Position numbers and translations under genes: made by a program. Shown in pieces: positions 54,950 to 64,000 of a DNA stretch of 64,000 nt; position 1 is the stretch's first letter; each line of letters starts with the position of its first letter. The stretch spans positions 13,826,001-13,890,000 of the forward strand of contig OZ176052.1 in NCBI GenBank assembly GCA_964247055.1, given 5' to 3'. The DNA is from Paragordius varius (lineage: Eukaryota > Animalia > Nematomorpha). The notes beneath the pieces are model-generated. The model saw nothing but the letters and a program-made list of their open reading frames with translations. It made no database searches and was not told the origin of the DNA.

Positions 54950-56100
54950 CCCAAAATATTTGGGGTGATGATGGAACTACTATAGGGCTACCCAAAAAAA
55001 ATTATGGCGACATCACCTGATCAAATTTGGATTTTAGGTAGCCATTTTTATTTTTAAAATCGTATAAAATAAATTTTTTAAATATTTAAAAAATTCATAA
55101 AAATTACATTTATACTCCGATCTCGAAAATATTTGGGGTGATGATGGAATACCATAGGGCTACCCAAAAAAATTATAGTGACATCACCTGATCAAATTTG
55201 GATTTTAGGTAGCCATTTTTATTTTTAAAATCGTATAAAATAAATTTTTTAAATATTTAAAAAATTCATAAAAATTACATTTATACTCCGATCTCGAAAA
55301 TATTTGGGGTGATGATGGAACTACCATAGGGCTACATAAAAAAATTATAGTGACATCACCTGATCAAATATGGATTTTAGGTAGCCATTTTTATTTTTAA
55401 TATCGTATAAAATAAATTTTAAATATTTAAAAAATTCATAAAAATTACATTTATACTCCGATCTCGATAATATTTGGGGTGATGATGGAACTAGCATAGG
55501 GCTACCCAAAAAAAATTATGGCGACATCACTTGATCAAATTTGGATTTTATGTAGCCATTTTTATTTTTAAAATCGTATAAAATAAATTTTTTAAATATT
55601 TAAAAAATTCATAAAAATTACATTTATACTCCGATCCCCAAAATATTTGGGGTGATGATGGAACTACTATAGGGCTACCCAAAAAAAATTATGGCGACAT
55701 CACCTGATCAAATTTGGATTTTAGGTAGCCATTTTTATTTTTAAAATCGTATAAAATAAATTTTTTAAATATTTAAAAAATTCATAAAAATTACATTTAT
55801 ACTCCGATCTCGAAAATATTTGGGGTGATGATGGAATACCATAGGGCTACCCAAAAAAATTATAGTGACATCACCTGATCAAATTTGGATTTTAGGTAGC
55901 CATTTTTATTTTTAAAATCGTATAAAATAAATTTTTTAAATATTTAAAAAATTCATAAAAATTACATTTATACTCCGATCTCGAAAATATTTGGGGTGAT
56001 GATGGAACTACCATAGGGCTACATAAAAAAATTATAGTGACATCACCTGATCAAATATGGATTTTAGGTAGCCATTTTTATTTTTAAAATCGTATAAAAT
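54950..56100. repeat. Repeat of a 3-monomer block at a 4-monomer offset (687 bp)
   Basis: ggaatacc at 55147 and 55834, each followed by the ctacataaa + aaatatgg monomer. Confidence 0.8.
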
Positions 56101-56469
56101 AAATTTTTTAAATATTTAAAAAATTCATAAAAATTACATTTATAGTCCGATCCCCAAAATATTTGGGGTGAGATGGAACTACCATAGGGCTACCCAAAAA
56201 AAATTATGGCGACATCACCTGATCAAATTTGGATTTTAGGTAGCCATTTTTATTTTTAAAATCGTATAAAATAAATTTTTTAAATATTTAAAAAATTCAT
56301 AAAAATTACATTTATACTCCGATCTCGACAATATTTGGGGTGATGATGGAACTACCATAGGGCTACCCAAAAAAAATTATGGTGACATCACCTGATCAAA
56401 TTTGGATTTTAGGTAGCCATTTTTATTTTTAAAATCGTATAAAATAAATTTTTTAAATATTTAAAAAAT

Positions 56470-59400
56470 TCATAAAAATTACATTTATAGTCCGATCCCC
56501 AAAATATTTGGGGTGATGATGGAACTACCATAGAGCTACCCAAAAAAAATTATGGTGACATCACCTGATCAAATTTGGATTTTAGGTAGCCGTTTTTATT
56601 TTTTAAATCGTATAAAATAAATTTTTTAAATATTTAAATATTCATAAAAATTACATTTATAGTCCGATCCCCTAAATATTTGGGGTGATGATGGAACTAC
56701 CATAGGGCTACCCAAAAAAAATTATGGCGACATCACCTGATCAAATTTGGATTTTAGGTAGCCATTTTTATTTTTAAAATCGTATAAAATAAATTTTTTA
56801 AATATTTAAAAAATTCAAAAAAATTACATTTATACTCCGATCTCGACAATATTTGGGGTGATGATGGAATTACCATAGGGCTACCCAAAAAAAATTATGG
56901 TGACATCACCTGATCAAATTTGGATTTTAGGTAGCCATTTTTATTTTTAAAATCGTATAAAATAAATTTTTTAAATATTTAAAAAATTCATAAAAATTAC
57001 ATTTATAGTCCGATCCCCAAAATATTTGGGGTGAGATGGAACTACCATAGGGCTACCCAAAAAAAATTATGGCGACATCACCTGATCAAATTTGGATTTT
57101 AGGTAGCCATTTTTATTTTTAAAATCGTATAAAATAAATTTTTTAAATATTTAAAAAATTCATAAAAATTACATTTATAGTCCGATCCCCAAAGTATTCA
57201 GGGTGATGATGGAACTACCATAGGGCTACCCAAAAAAAATTATGGCGACATCACCTGATCAAATTTGGATTTTAGGTAGCCATTTTTATTTTTAAAATCG
57301 TATAAAATAAATTTTTTAAATATTTAAAAAATTCAAAAAATTACATTTATACTCCGATCTCGACAATATTTGGGGTGATGATGGAACTACCATAGGGCTA
57401 CCCAAAAAAATTATAGTGACATCACCTGATCAAATTTGGATTTTAGGTAGCCATTTTTATTTTTAAAATCGTATAAAATAAATTTTTTAAATATTTAAAA
57501 AATTCATAAAAATTACATTTATACTCCGATCTCGAAAATATTTGGGGTGATGATGGAACTACCATAGGGCTACCCAAAAAAAATTATGGTGACATCGCCT
57601 GATCAAATTTGGATTTTAGGTAGCCATTTTAATTTTTAATATCGTATAAAATAAATTTTTTAAATATTTAAAAAATTCATAAAAATTACATTTATACTCC
57701 GATCTCGAAAATATTTGGGGTGATGATGGAACTACCATAGGGCTACCCAAAAAAAATTATGGTGACATCACCTGATCAAATTTGGATTTTAGGTAGCCAT
57801 TTTTATTTTTAAAATCGTATAAAATAAATTTTTTAAATATTTAAAAAATTCATAAAAATTACATTTATACTCCGATCTCGAAAATATTTGGGGTGATGAT
57901 GGAACTACCATAGGGCTACCCAAAAAAATTATAGTGACATCACCTGATCAAATTTGGATTTTAGGTAGCCATTTTTATTTTTAAAATCGTATAAAATAAA
58001 TTTTTTAAATATTTAAAAAATTCATAAAAATTACATTTATACTCCGATCTCGAAAATATTTGGGGTGATGATGGAACTACCATAGGGCTACCCAAAAAAA
58101 ATTATGGTGACATCACCTGATCAAATTTGGATTTTAGGTAGCCATTTTTATTTTTAAAATCGTATAAAATAAATTTTTTAAATATTTAAAAAATTCATAA
58201 AAATTACATTTATAGTCCGATCCCCAAAATTTTTGGGGTGAGATGGAACTACCATAGGGCTACCCAAAAAAAATTATGGCGACATCACCTGATCAAATTT
58301 GGATTTTAGGTAGCCATTTTTATTTTTAAAATCGTATAAAATAAATTTTTTAAATATTTAAAAAATTCATAAAAATTACATTTATAGTCCGATCCCCCAA
58401 GTATTCAGGGTGATGATGGAACTACCATAGGGCTACCCAAAAAAATTATAGTGACATCACCTGATCAAATTTGGATTTTAGGTAGCCATTTTTATTTTTA
58501 AAATCGTATAAAATAAATTTTTTAAATATTTAAAAAATTCATAAAAATTACATTTATAGTCCGATCCCCAAAATTTTTGGGGTGAGATGGAACTACCATA
58601 GGGCTACCCAAAAAAAATTATGGCGACATCACCTGATCAAATTTGGATTTTAGGTAGCCATTTTTATTTTTAAAATCGTATAAAATAAATTTTTTAAATA
58701 TTTAAAAAATTTATAAAAATTACATTTATAGTCCGATCCCCAAAGTATTCAGGGTAATGATGGAACTACCATAGGGCTACCCAAAAAAAATTATGGCGAC
58801 ATCACCTGATCAAATTTGGATTTTAGGTAGCCATTTTTATTTTTAAAATCGTATAAAATAAATTTTTTAAATATTTAAAAAATTCAAAAAATTACATTTA
58901 TACTCCAATCTCGACAATATTTGAGGTGATGATGGAACTACCATAGGGCTACCCAAAAAAATTATAGTGACTCACCTGATCAAATTTGGATTTTAGGTAG
59001 CCATTTTTATTTTTAAAATCGTATAAAATAAATTTTTTAAATATTTAAAAAATTCATAAAAATTACATTTATACTCCGATCTCGAAAATATTTGGGGTGA
59101 TGATGGAACTACCATAGGGCTACCCAAAAAAAATTATGGTGACATCACCTGATCAAATTTGGATTTTAGGTAGCCATTTTAATTTTTAATATCGTATAAA
59201 ATAAATTTTTTAAATATTTAAAAAATTCATAAAAATTACATTTATACTCCGATCTCGAAAATATTTGGGGTGATGATGGAACTACCATAGGGCTACCCAA
59301 AAAAAATTATGGTGACATCACCTGATCAAATTTGGATTTTAGGTAGCCATTTTTATTTTTAAAATCGTATAAAATAAATTTTTTAAATATTTAAAAAATT

Positions 59401-61950
59401 CATAAAAATTACATTTATACTCCGATCTCGAAAATATTTGGGGTGATGATGGAACTACCATAGGGCTACCCAAAAAAATTATAGTGACATCACCTGATCA
59501 AATTTGGATTTTAGGTAGCCATTTTTATTTTTAAAATCGTATAAAATAAATTTTTTAAATATTTAAAAAATTCATAAAAATTACATTTATAGTCAGATCC
59601 CCAAGATATTTGGGGTGATGATGGAACTACCATAGGGCTACCCAAAAAAAATTATTCTGACATCACCTGATCAAATTTGGATTTTAGGTAGCCATTTTTA
59701 TTTTTAAAATCGTATAAAATAAATTTTTTAAATATTTAAAAATTCATAAAAATTACATTTATACTCCGATCTCGAAAATATTTGGGGTGATGATGGAACT
59801 ACCATAGAGCTACCCAAAAAAATTATAGTGACATCACCTGATCAAATTTGGATTTTAGGTAGCCATTTTTATTTTTAAAATCGTATAAAATAAATTTTTT
59901 AAATATTTAAAAAATTCATAAAAATTACATTTATACTCCGATCTCGAAAATATTTGGGGTGATGATGGAACTACCATAAGGCTACCCAAAAAAAATTATG
60001 GTGACATCACCTGATCAAATTTGGATTTTAGGTAGCCATTTTTATTTTTAAAATCGTATAAAATAAATTTTTTAAATATTTAAAAAATTCATAAAAATTA
60101 CATTTATAGTCCGATCCCCAAAATATTTGGGGTGAGATGGAACTACCATAGGGCTACCCAAAAAAAATTATGGCGACATCACCTGATCAAATTTGGATTT
60201 TAGGTAGCCATTTTTATTTTTAAAATCGTATAAAATAAATTTTTTAAATATTTAAAAAATTCATAAAAATTACATTTATAGTCCGATCCCCAAAATATTT
60301 GGGGTGAGATGGAACTACCATAGGGCTACCCAAAAAAAATTATGGCGACATCACCTGATCAAATTTGGATTTTAGGTAGCCATTTTTATTTTTAAAATCG
60401 TATAAAATAAATTTTTTAAATATTTAAAAAATTCAAAAAATTACATTTATACTCCGATCTCGACAATATTTGGGGTGATGATGGAACTACCATAGGGCTA
60501 CCCAAAAAAATTATAGTGACATCACCTGATCAAATTTGGATTTTAGGTAGCCATTTTTATTTTTAAAATCGTATAAAATAAATATTTTAAATATTTAAAA
60601 AATTCATAAAAATTACATTTATACTCCGATCTCGAAAATATTTGGGGTGATGATGGAACTACCATAGGGCTACATAAAAAAAATTATAGTGACATCACCT
60701 GATCAAATTTGGATTTTAGGTAGCCATTTTTATTTTTAATATCGTATAAAATAAATTTTAAATATTTAAAAAATTCATAAAAATTACATTTATACTCCGA
60801 TCTCGATAATATTTGGGGTGATGATGGAACTAGCATAGGGCTACCCAAAAAAAATTATGGCGACATCACTTGATCAAATTTGGATTTTAGGTAGCCATTT
60901 TTATTTTTAAAATCGTATAAAATAAATTTTTTAAATATTTAAAAAATTCATAAAAATTACATTTATAGTCCGATCCCCAAAATATTTGGGGTGATGATGG
61001 AACTACAATAGGGCTACCCAAAAAAATTATAGTGACATCACCTGATCAAATTTGGATTTTAGGTAGCCATTTTTATTTTTAAAATCGTATAAAATAAATT
61101 TTTTAAATATTTAAAAAATTCATAAAAATTACATTTATAGTCCGATCCCCAAAATATTTGGGATGATGATGGAACTACCATAGAGCTACCCAAAAAAAAT
61201 TATGGTGACATCACCTGATCAAATTTGGATTTTAGGTAGCCGTTTTTATTTTTTAAATCGTATAAAATAAATTTTTTAAATATTTAAATATTCATAAAAA
61301 TTACATTTATAGTCCGATCCCCTAAATATTTGGGGTGATGATGGAACTACCATAGGGCTACCCAAAAAAAATTATGGCGACATCACCTGATCAAATTTGG
61401 ATTTTAGGTAGCCATTTTTATTTTTAAAATCGTATAAAATAAATTTTTTAAATATTTAAAAAATTCAAAAAAATTACATTTATACTCCGATCTCGACAAT
61501 ATTTGGGGTGATGATGGAATTACCATAGGGCTACCCAAAAAAAATTATGGTGACATCACCTGATCAAATTTGGATTTTAGGTAGCCATTTTTATTTTTAA
61601 AATCGTATAAAATAAATTTTTTAAATATTTAAAAAATTCATAAAAATTACATTTATAGTCCGATCCCCAAAATATTTGGGGTGAGATGGAACTACCATAG
61701 GGCTACCCAAAAAAAATTATGGCGACATCACCTGATCAAATTTGGATTTTAGGTAGCCATTTTTATTTTTAAAATCGTATAAAATAAATTTTTTAAATAT
61801 TTAAAAAATTCATAAAAATTACATTTATAGTCCGATCCCCAAAGTATTCAGGGTGATGATGGAACTACCATAGGGCTACCCAAAAAAAATTATGGCGACA
61901 TCACCTGATCAAATTTGGATTTTAGGTAGCCATTTTTATTTTTAAAATCG
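56470..61950. repeat. Dispersed repeat of a ~5-monomer block (56,470-57,300 vs 61,120-61,950; offset 4,650 bp), third copy at ~13,450-14,050
   Basis: ccctaaatatt at 13631/56671/61321 and ggaattacc at 13821/56861/61511, with gccgttt, taaatattcat and gtgagatgg in the same order. Confidence 0.88.
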
Positions 61951-64000
61951 TATAAAATAAATTTTTTAAATATTTAAAAAATTCATAAAAATTACATTTA
62001 TAGTCCGATCCCCAAAATATTTGGGGTGATGATGGAACTACCATAGGGCTACCCAAAAAAAATTATGTCGACATCACCTGATCAAATTTGGATTTTAGGT
62101 AGCCATTTTTATTTTTAAAATCGTATAAAATAAATTTTTTAAATATTTAAAAAATTCATAAAAATTACATTTATAGTCCGATCCCCAAAATATTTGGGGT
62201 GATGATGGAACTACCATAGGGCTACCCAAAAAAAATTATGGCGACATCACCTGATCAAATATGGATTTTAGGTAGCCATTTTTATTTTTAAAATCGTATA
62301 AAATAAATTTTTTAAATATTTAAAAAATTCATAAAAATTACATTTATAGTCCGATCCCCAAAGTATTCAGGGTGATGATGGAACTACCATAGGGCTACCC
62401 AAAAAAAATTATGGCGACATCACCTGATCAAATTTGGATTTTAGGTAGCCATTTTTATTTTTAAAATCATATAAAATAAATTTTTTAAATATTTAAAAAA
62501 TTCAAAAAATTACATTTATACTCCGATCTCGACAATATTTGGGGTGATGATGGAACTACCATAGGGCTACCCAAAAAAATTATAGTGACATCACCTGATC
62601 AAATTTGGATTTTAGGTAGCCATTTTTATTTTTAAAATCGTATAAAATAAATTTTTTAAATATTTAAAAAATTCATAAAAATTACATTTATACTCCGATC
62701 TCGAAAATATTGGGGGTGATGATGGAACTACCATAGGGCTACCCAAAAAAAATTATGGTGACATCGCCTGATCAAATTTGGATTTTAGGTAGCCATTTTA
62801 ATTTTTAATATCGTATAAAATAAATTTTTTAAATATTTAAAAAATTCATAAAAATTACATTTATACTCCGATCTCGAAAATATTTGGGGTGATGATGGAA
62901 CTACCATAGGGCTACCCAAAAAAAATTATGGTGACATCACCTGATCAAATTTGGATTTTAGGTAGCCATTTTTATTTTTAAAATCGTATAAAATAAATTT
63001 TTTAAATATTTAAAAAATTCATAAAAATTACATTTATACTCCGATCTCGAAAATATTTGGGGTGATGATGGAACTACCATAGGGCTACCCAAAAAAATTA
63101 TAGTGACATCACCTGATCAAATTTGGATTTTAGGTAGCCATTTTTATTTTTAAAATCGTATAAAATAAATTTTTTAAATATTTAAAAAATTCATAAAAAT
63201 TACATTTATACTCCGATCTCGAAAATATTTGCGGTGATGATGGAACTACCATAGGGCTACCCAAAAAAAATTATGGTGACATCACCTGATCAAATTTGGA
63301 TTTTAGGTAGCCATTTTTATTTTTAAAATCGTATAAAATAAATTTTTTAAATATTTAAAAAATTCATAAAAATTACATTTATAGTCCGATCCCCAAAATT
63401 TTTGGGGTGATGATGGAACTACCATAGGGCTACCCAAAAAAAATTATGGCGACATCACCTGATCAAATTTGGATTTTAGGTAGCCATTTTTATTTTTAAA
63501 ATCGTATAAAATAATTTTAAATATTTAAAAAATTCAAAAAATTACATTTATACTCCAATCTCGACAATATTTGGGGTGATGATGGAACTACCATAGGGCT
63601 ACCCAAAAAAATTATAGTGACATCACCTGATCAAATTTGGATTTTAGGTAGCCATTTTTATTTTTAAAATCGTATAAAATAAATTTTTTAAATATTTAAA
63701 AAATTCATAAAAATTACATTTATACTCCGATCTCGAAAATATTTGGGGTGATGATGGAACTACCATAGGGCTACCCAAAAAAAATTATGGTGACATCACC
63801 TGATCAAATTTGGATTTTAGGTAGCCATTTTAATTTTTAATATCGTATAAAATAAATTTTTTAAATATTTAAAAAATTCATAAAAATTACATTTATACTC
63901 CGATCTCGAAAATATTTGGGGTGATGATGGAACTACCATAGGGCTACCCAAAAAAAATTATGGTGACATCACCTGATCAAATTTGGATTTTAGGTAGCCA

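Larger units (their letters stand above)
1..64000. repeat. Tandem satellite DNA array, 173-bp monomer (~370 copies, ~73% AT), single orientation, running off both window ends
   Basis: The same motif recurs every 173 nt (the C of 'ttacattt' is at 13 and 186; 'tca' at 1 and 174). Every line of the window matches the consensus, with only substitutions and small indels. The consensus has 47 G+C in 173 nt. Confidence 0.99.

Noticed and set aside
1-64000. CRISPR array
   Set aside because: There are no unique spacers. The entire 173-bp unit is repeated, and there are no cas genes.

Overview
The whole 64 kb is one uninterrupted, head-to-tail satellite DNA array, all in one orientation. The monomer is 173 bp (172 bp when the central A-tract is A7), about 27% GC, with roughly 370 copies. 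Consensus in the register of window position 1: tcataaaaattacatttata(g/c)tccgatc(c/t)c(c/g)aaaatatttggggtgatgatggaactaccatagggctacccaaaaaaaattat(g/a)g(c/t)gacatcacctgatcaaatttggattttaggtagccatttttatttttaaaatcgtataaaataaattttttaaatatttaaaaaat. I found no genes, RNA genes, transposons or unique DNA. Every monomer closes all six reading frames. I do not recognise the family: it is not alpha satellite or Arabidopsis CEN178 as I recall them, and it has no CENP-B box. The size and AT content fit a eukaryotic (peri)centromeric or heterochromatic satellite. Two features stand out. First, rare variants reveal a nested history of in-register duplications: 3-8 monomers, a 22-mer (3,801 bp), a ~67-mer (offset 11,549 bp) and a homology at 42.5-45 kb distance. 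Second, the monomer is dense in dyad symmetry: a perfect 24-bp AT palindrome, three inverted-repeat pairs, a 12-bp quasi-palindrome and a box C/D-like geometry. Several recurrent variants perfect these dyads, and most deletions hit the palindrome. All offsets were counted by hand from marker variants. Block boundaries are only as precise as the nearest diagnostic sites, often +/- 50-100 bp.
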